Positions 38,725-51,165 of a DNA stretch of 64,000 bases are shown piece by piece. The notes beneath the pieces are model-generated. The model was given only the letters and a program-made list of their open reading frames with translations. It made no database searches and had not been told where the DNA came from. How positions within the stretch are numbered: the first letter of the stretch is position 1; each line of letters opens with the position of its first letter. The DNA is from an uncultured Rhodospirillaceae bacterium (GTDB lineage Bacteria > Pseudomonadota > Alphaproteobacteria > UBA9219): contig CAZYPX010000001.1 in assembly GCA_964649675.1 (NCBI GenBank), positions 10,470 to 74,469 of the forward strand, given 5' to 3'. The position numbers and the translations under genes are program-made.

Positions 38725-41649
38725 TCAATGCGCCTCGGCCCAGTTTTTGGCGTGCCCCGCTTCGGCCACCAAAGGCACGTTCAATTTCACCGCCGGAAGC
38801 GGCGCGTCCCGCATCACCTTTTTCACCGTCGCTGCCGTGGCCTCGATCTCTTTCAACGGAACCTCGAACACGAGTTCGTCATGCACCTGAAGCAACAGCT
38901 TTGCCTTCAGCCCATCGGCTTCCAGAGCGGGAGGCACGCGGATCATCGCGCGTTTCATGATGTCCGCCGCCGTGCCCTGAATGGGCGCGTTGATCGCTTG
39001 CCGCTCGGCGGCATTCCGGCGCACCGCCGTCTTTTCGTGGATTCCGGCGATATGCACACGCCGACCGAACAGCGTTTCGACAAAGCCGTGCTGCCGCGCG
39101 AAGGCCTTCGTTGCCTCCATCCAGTCGCGCAGTTCGTGGAAACGGTCGAGGTATTGGCGGATGAACTCCGCCGCCTCGCCTGGTGTCGTGCCGATCTGTT
39201 TCGCCAGCCCGAACCCGCTGATGCCGTAAATGATGCCGAAATTGATGGCCTTGGCCTGACGGCGTTTTTCCGGTGTCATATCTTTCAGCGGAATGTCAAA
39301 AACCTGGCTGGCGGTGATGGCGTGAATGTCCGCGCCGTCATGAAACGCCTGAATGAGCGCCTCTACGCCCGCCATTTCAGCCGCCAAGCGCATCTCGATC
39401 TGCGAATAATCGACCGACATTAATTCATAACCATCGGCGGCGACGAACGCGCGGCGGATCGCGCGGCCATCCTCCGTGCGGATGGGTATGTTCTGCAAAT
39501 TGGGGGCGGTCGACGACAAGCGGCCCGTGGCCGCGCCCACCATCGAGTACGACGTGTGCACGCGGCCCGTTTTGGGGTCGATCTGCTCCGGCAGCGCATC
39601 GGTGTAGGTGGATTTCAGCTTGGAAAGGCCGCGCCAATCCAACACTTTGGCCACAACCTCAGGCCCTTGCTCAGCCAGCGGCTCAAGGACATCGACGCTA
39701 GTGGAATACGAGCCCGTTTTGCCTTTGCTGCCGCCCTGTAAGCCCATCTCTCCGAACAAAACGTCGCCCAATTGCTTGGGCGAGCCGACGTTGAACGGAT
39801 GGCCCGCGAGTTTGTGAATTTCTTCTTCCAAGGCTTGCAAGCGCTTGGCAAGGCCGCCGCTTTGGGCCTTCAGTATGGCGGGGTCTATCCGCACGCCCGC
39901 GCGTTCCATGGCGGCTACCACGGGAATCAAGGGCTTTTCGATCCGCTCGTAAACGCGGGTTACATGCTGTTGCGCCACAAGCGGCTTAAGCAGCGTCCAC
40001 AAGCGCAGGGTATAGTCCGCGTCTTCGGCGGCATAGTCGGTTGCCTTATCCAGCGGCACGCGGTCGAAAGTGATGCGGTTGCGGCCCGTTCCGGTCATGT
40101 CATCGAACGAGATCATCTTGTGCTGGAGGTGCTTAAGGGCCAGTTCGTCCAGTCCATGTCCGTGAAGGCCTGCGCCCAGCGCGTACGACATCAAAATCGT
40201 GTCGTCGTATGAAATTATTTCAAGCCCAAACTGCCCTAAAACTTGCATGTCGAACTTGAGGTTGTGCGCTATCTTTAGGATGGCGGGATCAGCCAACAAC
40301 GCCTTCAAACCGTTGATAAGTTCCGCGGGCTTGATCTGGCGCGGGGGCTTGCTCTCGTCTGAAAAAAGCCCTTCGCCTCCTGTGCTGGAGGGATCGACGT
40401 GACCGACAGGAACATAACAGGCTTTGCCGGGTTTTATGGCCAGCGATACGCCCACAAGTTGCGTGGTGGAGGGAGTTAGCGAGGTCGTCTCGGTGTCGAA
40501 GGCGACGAAGCCCTGCTCATGCGCCGCATCAATCCACCAGCGCAACCTCTTGGTATCCTGAACAACTTCGTAATCGCGATCCTCGTGGCTCAGCATCTTT
40601 TGGAGCGCGGCATGGGACTCGCGATCGTAAGGGTTCGCGCCCATGCCAAGGTAGTCGGACACACGGCGCAGTTGCGCCGGTTGGGCTTGGTGAATTTCGG
40701 GAGTTTTGAGCGGCTCTTTTGCCGGTATCGGCGATTCTTTTGCAGGCCCTAAACCGCATTCTTCGACATCGCCTGTGGCAAGGCCTTTTTGCTCGATCCG
40801 CGCGAGGATGGAGCGGAAACCCTGAGTTTCCAGAAAGCTTTTCAGGCCGTCGAGGTGATCGGGCCGCGCCACCAGTTCATTGAGCGGCATAGGCAGCGGG
40901 GCCTTGTCGGTCAACGTCACCAGTTTTTTGGAAATGCGGGCCTGCTCGGCGAACTCGGTAAGCGCTTCACGGCGTTTGGGCTGCCTGATCTCGCTTGCCT
41001 TGGCGAGCAAGGTTTCCAGATCGCCGTATTCGTTGATGAGTTGGGCCGCCGTTTTTACCCCGATTCCGGGGACGCCGGGGATGTTGTCGGTGCTGTCGCC
41101 CGCCAAAGCCTGAACGTCGATGACCTTCGACGGCATCACGCCGAACTTGGCCTCGACTTCCTTGTGGCCGATGGGTGTGGCTTTCATGGGGTCGAACATC
41201 TCGATCCCCGGGCGGACCAGCTGCATCAAGTCCTTATCAGTCCCGACGATGCGCACGTTCCGCCCATGCGCCAAGGCTTCCGTGGCATACGAGGCGATCA
41301 GGTCGTCGGCCTCATAGCCCTGCAGCTCCAGCGCGGGAATTCCATAGGCTCTCGTGGCCTCGCGGATCAGCGGAAACTGGGGGATCAGCTCGGGCGGCGG
41401 CGGCGGCCTGTGGGCCTTATAGTCGGGGTAGATGTCGTTGCGGAAGGTCTTCCTTTCCGCGTCAAAAATCACAGCGATGTGCGCAGCCTTAAGGTCAGTA
41501 AGCAGCTTTTGCAGCATGTTGCAAAAGCCATAGACCGCGTTGACAGGCGTGCCGTCGGCTCGCGTCATGGGCGGCAGGGCATGAAAAGCCCGAAAGATAA
41601 AGCCGGAGCCATCAACAAGGTACAAAGTTTCGGAATGAGCGGGGTTCAT
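38725..41649 (-). CDS. polA: DNA polymerase I
   Basis: 974 aa with a 5'-3' exonuclease N-terminus (LYLVDGSGFIFRAFHA), a 3'-5' exonuclease domain and polymerase motifs (…RRAAKAINFGIIYG…, QVHDELVFE). Confidence 0.9.
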   Translation of the reverse strand: MNPAHSETLYLVDGSGFIFRAFHALPPMTRADGTPVNAVYGFCNMLQKLLTDLKAAHIAVIFDAERKTFRNDIYPDYKAHRPPPPPELIPQFPLIREATRAYGIPALELQGYEADDLIASYATEALAHGRNVRIVGTDKDLMQLVRPGIEMFDPMKATPIGHKEVEAKFGVMPSKVIDVQALAGDSTDNIPGVPGIGVKTAAQLINEYGDLETLLAKASEIRQPKRREALTEFAEQARISKKLVTLTDKAPLPMPLNELVARPDHLDGLKSFLETQGFRSILARIEQKGLATGDVEECGLGPAKESPIPAKEPLKTPEIHQAQPAQLRRVSDYLGMGANPYDRESHAALQKMLSHEDRDYEVVQDTKRLRWWIDAAHEQGFVAFDTETTSLTPSTTQLVGVSLAIKPGKACYVPVGHVDPSSTGGEGLFSDESKPPRQIKPAELINGLKALLADPAILKIAHNLKFDMQVLGQFGLEIISYDDTILMSYALGAGLHGHGLDELALKHLQHKMISFDDMTGTGRNRITFDRVPLDKATDYAAEDADYTLRLWTLLKPLVAQQHVTRVYERIEKPLIPVVAAMERAGVRIDPAILKAQSGGLAKRLQALEEEIHKLAGHPFNVGSPKQLGDVLFGEMGLQGGSKGKTGSYSTSVDVLEPLAEQGPEVVAKVLDWRGLSKLKSTYTDALPEQIDPKTGRVHTSYSMVGAATGRLSSTAPNLQNIPIRTEDGRAIRRAFVAADGYELMSVDYSQIEMRLAAEMAGVEALIQAFHDGADIHAITASQVFDIPLKDMTPEKRRQAKAINFGIIYGISGFGLAKQIGTTPGEAAEFIRQYLDRFHELRDWMEATKAFARQHGFVETLFGRRVHIAGIHEKTAVRRNAAERQAINAPIQGTAADIMKRAMIRVPPALEADGLKAKLLLQVHDELVFEVPLKEIEATAATVKKVMRDAPLPAVKLNVPLVAEAGHAKNWAEAH

Positions 41650-41737
41650 GAGCCCATTCTGGCAGGAACAAAGGGGTGGGGCTAGGGGTTACTGTCTTGT
41701 ATGGACACGACGTTAATTCGTGTTTTAGTGTCGTGAC

Positions 41738-42316
41738 ATGGGTACGATTTTCGCCGAAACCGACCGCCTTCGCTTGCGCGCTCTTGAAAAACGCGACCTG
41801 CCGCGCTTTCCCGAATTCCTCAATGACTGGGATGTCGTGAAATGGTTGGCGCGCGTTCCCTATCCTTACAGCATGGATGACGCCATGTGGTGGTTCGATC
41901 ATATCCAAGAAGCCTATCGCAAGAACCAATCGGAATTTTTTGTCATCGCCAGCAAAGAAGATGTGCTTATGGGCGCGCTTGGCTTTCATGCGCTTACCCT
42001 GTCCGAGCCAAAAGAGGGCGAACTTGAAATCGGCTATTGGTTGGCTAAACCTTATTGGGGAAGCGGCTTGATGAGTGAAGCGGTGACCGCTGCATTGCCG
42101 CTCGTGTTTGCGCGCCCCGAAATTACAAAACTTACGTCATTCACCGATCCCGACAATCAAGCCTCGCAAAACGTGTTGCGTAAATCAGGCTTGCGCTATC
42201 TCGGCATTCATCCCTGCACAGCAAAAGGCCGTCTTCGCGGCAGCGATACCGCCACGCTTTGGGAAATGACGCGGGAGGATTACCTCACCAATTTCCCCAC
42301 AACCTGCGCGGTGTAG
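41738..42316 (+). CDS. GNAT-family N-acetyltransferase (RimJ/RimL-like)
   Basis: 192-aa ORF with a GNAT core (…IGYWLAKPYWGSGLMSEAV…). Confidence 0.55.
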   Translation: MGTIFAETDRLRLRALEKRDLPRFPEFLNDWDVVKWLARVPYPYSMDDAMWWFDHIQEAYRKNQSEFFVIASKEDVLMGALGFHALTLSEPKEGELEIGYWLAKPYWGSGLMSEAVTAALPLVFARPEITKLTSFTDPDNQASQNVLRKSGLRYLGIHPCTAKGRLRGSDTATLWEMTREDYLTNFPTTCAV

Positions 42317-43314
42317 TCGACCATCGGGATGATGCGGGCGTAGTTCATGCGCACGGGACCGATGACGCCGATGGCGCCGATCACGTGTTCCTGACGGTTT
42401 TTATAAGGCGCGACGATCACGCTGCAGCCCGCATTGGCGAACAGAGCGTTTTCCGCACCGATGAAAATCTGCACACCTTCCGCGCCTTGCGTGGCTTGGA
42501 GCAAACGAGCCATAGCTTCCTCGGTTTCCAGTGCATCGAACAACTGACGCACGCGTTCGACATCGGCCAAGGCGTTCACATCTTCGAGCAAGCGCGCCTG
42601 ACCGCGAATGAGAAGCTGCCCCGCGCCTTGCTGGCCCGACCAAACGGCAAGGCCCGCCTCGATCAGCTTGCGCGTGAGTTCATCAATCTCGGCGCGGCGT
42701 TGGTTCATATCGTTTTCGATGTCGCGCTGAACTTCGGCTAGATTGCGTCCCGCAAGCTGGCGGTTCAGATAATTCGCCGCCATCGTGAGCGTGCCCGCAT
42801 CAAGGCCGAGCGGCGCTTCGATCACGCGGTTTTCGACAAGCCCGTCTTCAGTCACAAGAATAACGAGAACGCGGCCTGGCGAAAGATTCACAAACTCTAT
42901 CTGACGCAAAGGTCGATCCATCTTCGGCGCAAGCACAAGGCCCGCGCATGATGACAAGCCCGCCAGCGCGTTCGTGGCATTCGCCAATACATCGGCGAGA
43001 TTTTTGCCTTGCGCGGCGCATTGAGCCTCGATGTTTTTCTTTTCATCCGCCGCAAGGTCGCCGACTTCCAGCAAGCCATCGACGAAAAAGCGCAGGCCCC
43101 TATCGGTAGGCACGCGGCCCGCCGAAATGTGCGGCGCGTGGAGCAGGCCATGGCCTTCCAACTCGGCCATCACGTGGCGGATGCTAGCGGGCGAGAGCGT
43201 CATGCCCAAGCGTTCGGCAACCGCGCGCGAGCCGACTGGCTCGCCCGTCGACATGTAGGCGTCGACGATTTGTTTCAAAACGTCGCGCGAACGTTGGTTG
43301 AGGGTGGAGAACAT
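42280..43314 (-). CDS. hrcA: heat-inducible transcription repressor HrcA
   Basis: N-terminus LNQRSRDVLKQIVDAYMSTGEPVGSRAVAERLGMTLSPASIRHVMAELE is typical HrcA; 344 aa. Confidence 0.85.
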   Translation of the reverse strand: MFSTLNQRSRDVLKQIVDAYMSTGEPVGSRAVAERLGMTLSPASIRHVMAELEGHGLLHAPHISAGRVPTDRGLRFFVDGLLEVGDLAADEKKNIEAQCAAQGKNLADVLANATNALAGLSSCAGLVLAPKMDRPLRQIEFVNLSPGRVLVILVTEDGLVENRVIEAPLGLDAGTLTMAANYLNRQLAGRNLAEVQRDIENDMNQRRAEIDELTRKLIEAGLAVWSGQQGAGQLLIRGQARLLEDVNALADVERVRQLFDALETEEAMARLLQATQGAEGVQIFIGAENALFANAGCSVIVAPYKNRQEHVIGAIGVIGPVRMNYARIIPMVDYTAQVVGKLVR

Positions 43315-43504
43315 GGGGGGATGTTAGGATAGAAAGGCTTGTTTGGTCAAAAGGGCCTTTCCTTTGCAATCATCCCCGTTATTCTCCTTCGCCGAGGCAA
43401 AGGAGGACATGTGCCGTAAAAACCCTGCGAAGCTTTCGTATAGTAGGGAAACGTGGGTTCAGTGGCGCCGGGTTACTGTTCTTGCGGGAAAGCCATCAAT
43501 CGCT

Positions 43505-45319
<1,815 letters not shown>

Positions 45320-45351
45320 TTTGCGTCCCTTGTCTTTTCCTAAGTTTTCTA

Positions 45352-46020
45352 TCAGCCTGAAAAATATCCCCTAACGCCGGCGACAAGCGCCCAAACCGCC
45401 AACGGGGTCAAAGCAACGGCGGTGACGCGGTTGATTAAAACCACCGCCCCCTCGGTGAAATGGCGTCGGATCAACGCTGTTCCACCGCTCAACAAAAACC
45501 ACCACAAAGACGAACCCAGAAAAATGCCACCGACGATGATGGCCGCTTCCTTACGGCCCTGCAAGCCTCCGAATGTCGCAACGACAGCCATAACGCCGAA
45601 AAGCGTCGCGGGGTTAGTAATGGTGATCAGAAAGCTGCTGACCATAGCTTTAGCAAGACCTGTAACTTTAACGCCAAGTTTGGCTAATCGCTTTTCCTCA
45701 ACATCTTCAGGCTCAGGCTGGCGCGGCTTGTCACGCCAAGTGTGCCAAGCGATGAAAAGCAAAAAAGCCCCGCCGACAATATAAATCGGGTGAGTGTGGT
45801 TCCGTATAATTTCCATAATTGCCGCAAGAGCAAATGCGGCAACCGCGCTAAAAAGAGCGTCCGCAAAAGCCGCACCGAATCCCGTTGCAAACCCAGCCAT
45901 CATGCCTTTTTGAAGGGTGCGGCGGATGCAAAGCAAACCGACCGGACCGACCGGAGCCGCCACCATAATCCCCAGCATGATGCCACGGTATAAAACGCCA
46001 ATTTCGTCAAACAGACTCAA
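45352..46020 (-). CDS. LysE/RhtB-family amino-acid exporter
   Basis: 222-aa polytopic membrane protein with an N-terminal …MLGIMVAAPVGPVGLLCIRRTLQKG… LysE-type signature. Confidence 0.7.
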   Translation of the reverse strand: MSLFDEIGVLYRGIMLGIMVAAPVGPVGLLCIRRTLQKGMMAGFATGFGAAFADALFSAVAAFALAAIMEIIRNHTHPIYIVGGAFLLFIAWHTWRDKPRQPEPEDVEEKRLAKLGVKVTGLAKAMVSSFLITITNPATLFGVMAVVATFGGLQGRKEAAIIVGGIFLGSSLWWFLLSGGTALIRRHFTEGAVVLINRVTAVALTPLAVWALVAGVRGYFSG

Positions 46021-46279
46021 AATTACCTCAGGGTTCCGTCTTTATCGCTGGGAGCTTATGACATTATTGCGTAGGGATCGCAAGATAGCAGCCTTTCATG
46101 GTTTATTACGTGTTTTCCTATGGAATTCCTTATGTTTCAAGCGACTCGCCCCCATCGTTGCACAAGCCAAATAACATTAATGGGCCGGAGAGCGCAAAGG
46201 CCCTGTCCGGGAAAATGTCTTTTCTTCTCTTCTGTGGCTCAACCTTTTGCGTTTCGCAGATAAAAAAGCCGTGGACTTT

Positions 46280-47533
46280 TTATCCGGCTGCGGTCTTTGG
46301 TCCAAGAGCGTTTGTTATCGCTTCGAGTTTTTCCCACAACGGTGTCTGCGCGGCGAATTCGGCGCAGTTGAACCTGGCGACTTCTTCAAGGCTTTGCGTT
46401 GCCTCCCAAAGCCGTTGTTGCCTTTTGGCGCTGTTCCCACGCTCTAATATATTCTCAAGCATCTTCATGTGCGGCTCATAACCGAGTTTTTTGGTGATGT
46501 TTTCGACACGTGAAGCCCAGCTTTTTATATCGTCGCAAAGAGGCGTAGTGTCGCCTTGGTTGTTCATAACAAGCCGCGCATCCAGGCCATAGCGCATGGT
46601 GCGCCATTTGTTTTCACGCGAGCGCCATACATTTGGCCGCGGCATTTCGTCGATCCAACTTTGGTGTTCGTCAAACCAGTGCGCCAAAAGATGAACAAAG
46701 GCGACGATGGCCATGCCCTCGGTTATGGTGGAAGGCTGGTCACAAACCCTGATCTCGAGCGTACCGTAATTGGGCGAAGGCCGTAGATCCCACCACAAAT
46801 CCTTAAGTTTATGGATCGAGCCGGCGCGAAACAGAGCGCGGCATAACTGGACGTAGCCCTGCCAATCCTGAAAGTAATAAGGCGATCCGGAAATAGGCAT
46901 GGATTCCGCCACGGTCGGCCGCATGGAAGCAAGCCCCGTAAAAACGCCTTCCTCAAAAGGCGAGCTGGCGCTAAGCGCGATCAGATGCGGCAGGAAGTGC
47001 ATAAAGAAGTTGTTGTAGCGGACACACTCTTCCGCGTCCTTCATGCCCAAATGAATGTGCATGCCCAGCGCGCCAAAACGCGTGCGTAAAATCTGCCGTT
47101 CTTCGGTCAGCCGGAAATAGCGCTCGTTCTGTGTGCTGACCGTGTCGGCCTGTTTGATGGTCGGAGGTCTGCCGGTTCCCGTCAACAAAAGCTCGCGTTT
47201 TTCGCAAGCCTGCGACAGTTTGGCTATTTCCTGCATGATTTGAGATTCGGTCTCGCCAACGGTCTCGCCAATGGCCGATGTGACTTCAACCATGTGCTGT
47301 AAGCCCTCTTCCTTAATGTAAGGGGAAGCCAAAGTGCCAACGATATCGGGTCCAACGTTGGCCGGCAAAAGGGTTTTATGGTCAAGCAAGCCCAGCTCGA
47401 ACTCTACCCCTAGCGTCAAATGCTTGCTTGCCGCGAAAACAAGTTGATCGTCGATTTCCTTAAATTGACGCCGTTCGTTGGTGTTGCGCTTTTTCGCATC
47501 GAACAAATTGGTTAACCACTTGACGACAGCCAA
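46280..47533 (-). CDS. ybdK: carboxylate-amine ligase YbdK (GCS2 family)
   Basis: 417 aa with LGVEFELGLLD, GMHIHLG and LSASSPF blocks characteristic of YbdK/GCS2. Confidence 0.75.
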   Translation of the reverse strand: MAVVKWLTNLFDAKKRNTNERRQFKEIDDQLVFAASKHLTLGVEFELGLLDHKTLLPANVGPDIVGTLASPYIKEEGLQHMVEVTSAIGETVGETESQIMQEIAKLSQACEKRELLLTGTGRPPTIKQADTVSTQNERYFRLTEERQILRTRFGALGMHIHLGMKDAEECVRYNNFFMHFLPHLIALSASSPFEEGVFTGLASMRPTVAESMPISGSPYYFQDWQGYVQLCRALFRAGSIHKLKDLWWDLRPSPNYGTLEIRVCDQPSTITEGMAIVAFVHLLAHWFDEHQSWIDEMPRPNVWRSRENKWRTMRYGLDARLVMNNQGDTTPLCDDIKSWASRVENITKKLGYEPHMKMLENILERGNSAKRQQRLWEATQSLEEVARFNCAEFAAQTPLWEKLEAITNALGPKTAAG

Positions 47534-47676
47534 AACCGACCTCTTCTGTGTTGTTGACGTGAATTTGCAAAAGGAGCGTTGATTTTTAGCAAAAAAATCC
47601 TGAAACGAGAAACAATTTCGCTTTCATGCGCGGAAGGCACTAAAATTGCTTGTTATTTTTCTCTGTCTCAAGATCG

Positions 47677-48144
47677 CTAATAAGACGAATTCCGCATTAA
47701 ACAGTTTCTCACCGCATAGGCGCATTGCTCGTCTTCGGTTAGAAACCCTCCGGTAGGGCCGCTGTAATTCACCCTTTTTACAAGGCTTTTTTCAAAAATC
47801 ACGTGTACGGCGCAAAAGCGGCGCTCGCTTACATCGCCGCCAAACGACAAGCTTTCACCAAGCGCATCCCAAAAATTCCCAGTCGGCCGCCCCCGCCGGT
47901 TAAAGGACGTTACGGTTCGCGTCCGCTCGATCCTCCCGTTACCAGAATCATAGGCCCAGACCTCAAGGCCACCCTCTTTTCCTTTGCGCTTGGGAATTCC
48001 CATGCAGGCAAAAACCTGTTCTTTCGTCATGCCAAGCATAAGCTGTTGGGCCGTTTCGGAGTCTTGCGCTCGTTGAACGGCGCAGGCGGAGACAAACAAC
48101 AGGAAAAGGGCGATGCAAGGAGATTTCATGCGATTTTTCTTCAT
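47677..48144 (-). CDS. lipoprotein
   Basis: Signal peptide with lipobox FVSAC; 155 aa. Confidence 0.4.
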   Translation of the reverse strand: MKKNRMKSPCIALFLLFVSACAVQRAQDSETAQQLMLGMTKEQVFACMGIPKRKGKEGGLEVWAYDSGNGRIERTRTVTSFNRRGRPTGNFWDALGESLSFGGDVSERRFCAVHVIFEKSLVKRVNYSGPTGGFLTEDEQCAYAVRNCLMRNSSY

Positions 48145-48306
48145 ACGGGACGGGGCTTTGTGCTTGATGAATTCGGCCTGTTCAAAAAGAGCGTCATGGG
48201 ACGCTTTTCCTTTTTATAATATTAGACTCACACGGCGCGTCTTGCCAACAGGCAGAATCGCCGCAATACTGAACCCGTCTTGTTGGCACCAAAGATAAAG
48301 GCCTGA

Positions 48307-49296
48307 ATGACACAGCCGGATAAACGCGAGGCCTATGACCCGGAAAACACATGGCTCCATGATCTTGATTTCGTGGATATGTACGTTTCCCTGTATCGTG
48401 ACTTTCCAAGTTACTGCCAAGTCATAGAACCCGACGCCTTTTCAGTAATTACGCGACATGTGCCGCAATCATATCAAGCCGATATTCGCCAATTGCGCCA
48501 CGAACTGGAAATGGCGCTTGAGGGCCGCGAGGAAGCCAGCATCCTTTATGATGGCTTACGTCTGCGCGCGAGCAAAATTGTCACCACACGGGGTGAAACG
48601 TGGGTCGCGTTGCGTCGCGTTGCGGATAGGCCGCCCTTGATCGAAAGTTTGGGCTTCACCATCCCCATTACGCAATTGCTCCGTGAATTGGGAAGGCGCG
48701 AAGGACTCGTCCTCGTTTGCGGAGGGACGGGTCAAGGCAAGACCACCACGGCCAGCGCGCTGCTTTATGATTATCTCAATCGCTTTGGCGGCCTGGCGTT
48801 TAGCATAGAAGATCCTGTGGAATATCTGCTGGACGGAAGTCATGGCGAGTCGGGCCTCTGTTACCAGGTCGAAGCTCAACACGATGACGATTGGGCAAAA
48901 TACTTGAAGCGCGGGTTGCGATGGAATCCCCGTTACATTATGGTCGGCGAGGTGCGCACGCCTCAGGCAGCCAACCAATTGCTGCGCGCAGCGAATTCCG
49001 GCCATCTGGTGATTACAACGATGCATGCCGGCTCCATTGAGGAAGCGCTGGATGGTCTGTTGCAACTTGCTTTCCAAGCCATCGGCGAGATGGCGCCGAC
49101 ATTGCTGGCTTCGGGCCTTACGGCGGTCATGCACCAAAGTTTTCTTTCCCACTCGGTCGGAACGCGATTGTACGTCACGGAAAGCGCAAGCCTAGGAGAA
49201 CCTGTGCGGGCGCTTATACGCGAACGCCGTATCGGTCAAATCACAACGTTCGTCGATCAGCAGGAAGCACGGAGGGCGCATAAGCCAAGGGGATAG
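48307..49296 (+). CDS. PilT/VirB11-family secretion-type ATPase
   Basis: Walker A VCGGTGQGKTTT, Asp box IEDPVEY and His box TTMHAGS; 329 aa. Confidence 0.55.
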   Translation: MTQPDKREAYDPENTWLHDLDFVDMYVSLYRDFPSYCQVIEPDAFSVITRHVPQSYQADIRQLRHELEMALEGREEASILYDGLRLRASKIVTTRGETWVALRRVADRPPLIESLGFTIPITQLLRELGRREGLVLVCGGTGQGKTTTASALLYDYLNRFGGLAFSIEDPVEYLLDGSHGESGLCYQVEAQHDDDWAKYLKRGLRWNPRYIMVGEVRTPQAANQLLRAANSGHLVITTMHAGSIEEALDGLLQLAFQAIGEMAPTLLASGLTAVMHQSFLSHSVGTRLYVTESASLGEPVRALIRERRIGQITTFVDQQEARRAHKPRG

Positions 49297-49302
49297 CAGC
49301 GG

Positions 49303-50259
49303 TTATGAGCTCCCAATCAAAACACCCGCGAGAAGCACCAGACTGCCCCCCAAGACGACCTGCACGAGCGCGGAAGTAAACGGCGTTTCCATATATTTCC
49401 AGCGAATCCAACAAATGGCCAACAATTCGAACAGCACAAGAACGCCGGCAACGGCCGTCGCCGTCCAGAAATCGGCAATAAGGTATGGCAGCGTGTGGCC
49501 AAGCCCCCCAGCGGTTGTCATAAGGCCACAAGCCGTGCCGCGTATCCACGGATGCCCTCGGCCCGTAAGAGTTCCATCGTCCGACATGGCCTCGGTGAGG
49601 CCCATGCTGATGCCGGAACCTATGGAGGCCGCCAAGCCGACAAGGAAAGCATCCCACGTTTGCCGCGTCGCAAAAGCCGCAGCAAAGATAGGCGCCATTG
49701 TGGAAACGGATCCGTCGATTAATCCGGCAAGGCCAGGCTGCACGATCTGCAGCAAAAACATCCGTCGCGCCACGCTGTTTTCGGCTTTTTGGGCATCTTC
49801 GGGGACAAGCGCCTTTTCCGTGGCGTCCGCTTTCGCGGCATGTCCCACCTCTTCGGCGGCTAGATCCCCCAACAATTTGCGCACGTCGATATCCGTCGAA
49901 CGACGCGCGGCGCGGTTATAGAAATTGGCGGCTTCAACCTCCATCATGGCCGCTTGCCGTCGAACAGCATCGATACGAAGGTTGTTCATGAGCCAAATCG
50001 GACGACGCTTCATGAAGCCCCGCACGTCTTGCCGCGTGATGTAGGGCATGCGCTCGCCGAACTTCCTGCGGAAGAGTTCAAGCAAGCGGTTTTTATGCCC
50101 TTGTTCTTCCGCAGCCATGGTCTCGAACATTTTCGCCGTTGCGGGATATTCGTCACGCAACCTGCTGGCAAAGCTAAGATAAATTTGCATGTCCTCTTCC
50201 TCGCTGGAGATAGCAAGGGCGAGAACTTCGCTTTCGTCAAGCTCGCAAAAACGTTTCAT
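49303..50259 (-). CDS. mbfA: membrane-bound ferritin-like / VIT1 (CCC1) family iron exporter, MbfA-like
   Basis: An N-terminal ferritin/rubrerythrin-like domain (likely start MKRFCELDE… at 50259) is fused to a C-terminal VIT1-family membrane domain. The ORF track start at 50505 is probably a spurious extension. Confidence 0.65.
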   Translation of the reverse strand: MKRFCELDESEVLALAISSEEEDMQIYLSFASRLRDEYPATAKMFETMAAEEQGHKNRLLELFRRKFGERMPYITRQDVRGFMKRRPIWLMNNLRIDAVRRQAAMMEVEAANFYNRAARRSTDIDVRKLLGDLAAEEVGHAAKADATEKALVPEDAQKAENSVARRMFLLQIVQPGLAGLIDGSVSTMAPIFAAAFATRQTWDAFLVGLAASIGSGISMGLTEAMSDDGTLTGRGHPWIRGTACGLMTTAGGLGHTLPYLIADFWTATAVAGVLVLFELLAICWIRWKYMETPFTSALVQVVLGGSLVLLAGVLIGSS

Positions 50260-50333
50260 AGGAATGGCCTTTGTTTGGGGAAGCTTATACAGATAAGCCT
50301 TCGAAACGGCGAAAAGCAAGCGCAGGAATCTTG

Positions 50334-50954
50334 TCAGATCGCGCCTGTGTGTTCGAGTACGATAATGACGCCTATGCCGATCAGTACGGCGCCACCAAAG
50401 GCACCTGCGATTTTTCCTCCCCGCTTTCCGATAGCATGGCCGATCGTCACGCCGGCAGCGGACATTGTGAACGTTGCTAAACCAATAGTCACCGCAGCGA
50501 TCCATATGTTGGCGTCGATGAACGCCAATGAAACGCCCACCCCCATGGAATCAATGCTTGTCCCAAATGCGGTTACGAGCAGCAGTTGTTTTTTATGCTT
50601 CTTGGGTTCTTGTTTGTGTTCAAACACCATGTTTTCCACAATCATTTTTACACCCAAAGCCGTAAGTATGAAAAACGCGATCCAATGGTCGAGCATCGTG
50701 ATAATCGAGCTGGCCATAAGCCCGAAAAACCACCCCACTATTGGCATGCACCCTTCTACCGCGCCGAAAATTGAGGCTATTCGAAGAGCTTCGGTTGGCT
50801 TGGGGCGACGCAATTCGGCGCCTTTGGCCACGGATGCGGCAAAAGCGTCCATCGACAAACCAAGAGCGACGAGGATGGTTGCAGCAGGAGTCATAAAAGC
50901 GTCATTTTCGGGAAAACACCAACGACAAAACACAGGCAAAAACGCCCAGGGCAA
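50334..50954 (-). CDS. mntP: manganese efflux pump MntP
   Basis: 206-aa membrane protein with the MntP/YebN repeat architecture (…GLSMDAFAASVAKG…). Confidence 0.8.
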   Translation of the reverse strand: MPWAFLPVFCRWCFPENDAFMTPAATILVALGLSMDAFAASVAKGAELRRPKPTEALRIASIFGAVEGCMPIVGWFFGLMASSIITMLDHWIAFFILTALGVKMIVENMVFEHKQEPKKHKKQLLLVTAFGTSIDSMGVGVSLAFIDANIWIAAVTIGLATFTMSAAGVTIGHAIGKRGGKIAGAFGGAVLIGIGVIIVLEHTGAI

Positions 50955-50959
50955 ACCTC

Positions 50960-51165
50960 ACCCTGGACCCCTTTGCGTACAAGACAGGGCCTCTTTTGTT
51001 ATAGAGGAAGCGTTAATACAATCCGAAAAGGAAGTGGCCGGACAAGGCGAGAAAGACCACAAAAAGAAAAATCATTGCTTTCTCATGACCACATAGCCCT
51101 TTTATATGCTGACACCCCTCCATTTTGCACATTATCGACATAGCTCTCCCCTTGGTTTGATGTGA
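50960..51165 (-). promoter_or_regulatory. candidate yybP-ykoY-type Mn(2+) riboswitch leader of mntP-mbfA
   Basis: The minus-strand leader contains AAGGGGAGAGC…CAGCAUAU, resembling conserved yybP-ykoY elements. This riboswitch class is classically found upstream of mntP. The structure was not folded. Confidence 0.3.

Noticed and set aside
38587-41685. Numerous long ORFs on the plus strand inside polA (for example 38587-39423, 39772-40212, 40789-41685). There are similar antisense frames inside typA, hrcA and dinB.
   Set aside because: GC-rich core genes generate long antisense open frames. The sense-strand proteins are full-length housekeeping enzymes, so the overlapping frames are not credible genes.
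42317-43504. CIRCE inverted repeat (TTAGCACTC-N9-GAGTGCTAA) expected near hrcA
   Set aside because: No match by eye in the hrcA flanks. hrcA here is not followed by grpE, so no claim is made.
49303-50505. The 400-aa version of the mbfA ORF starting at 50505
   Set aside because: The first 82 codons are Arg/His-rich low-complexity read-through of the mntP-mbfA spacer and the 3' end of mntP in another frame. The ferritin-like domain begins at the internal Met (50259).
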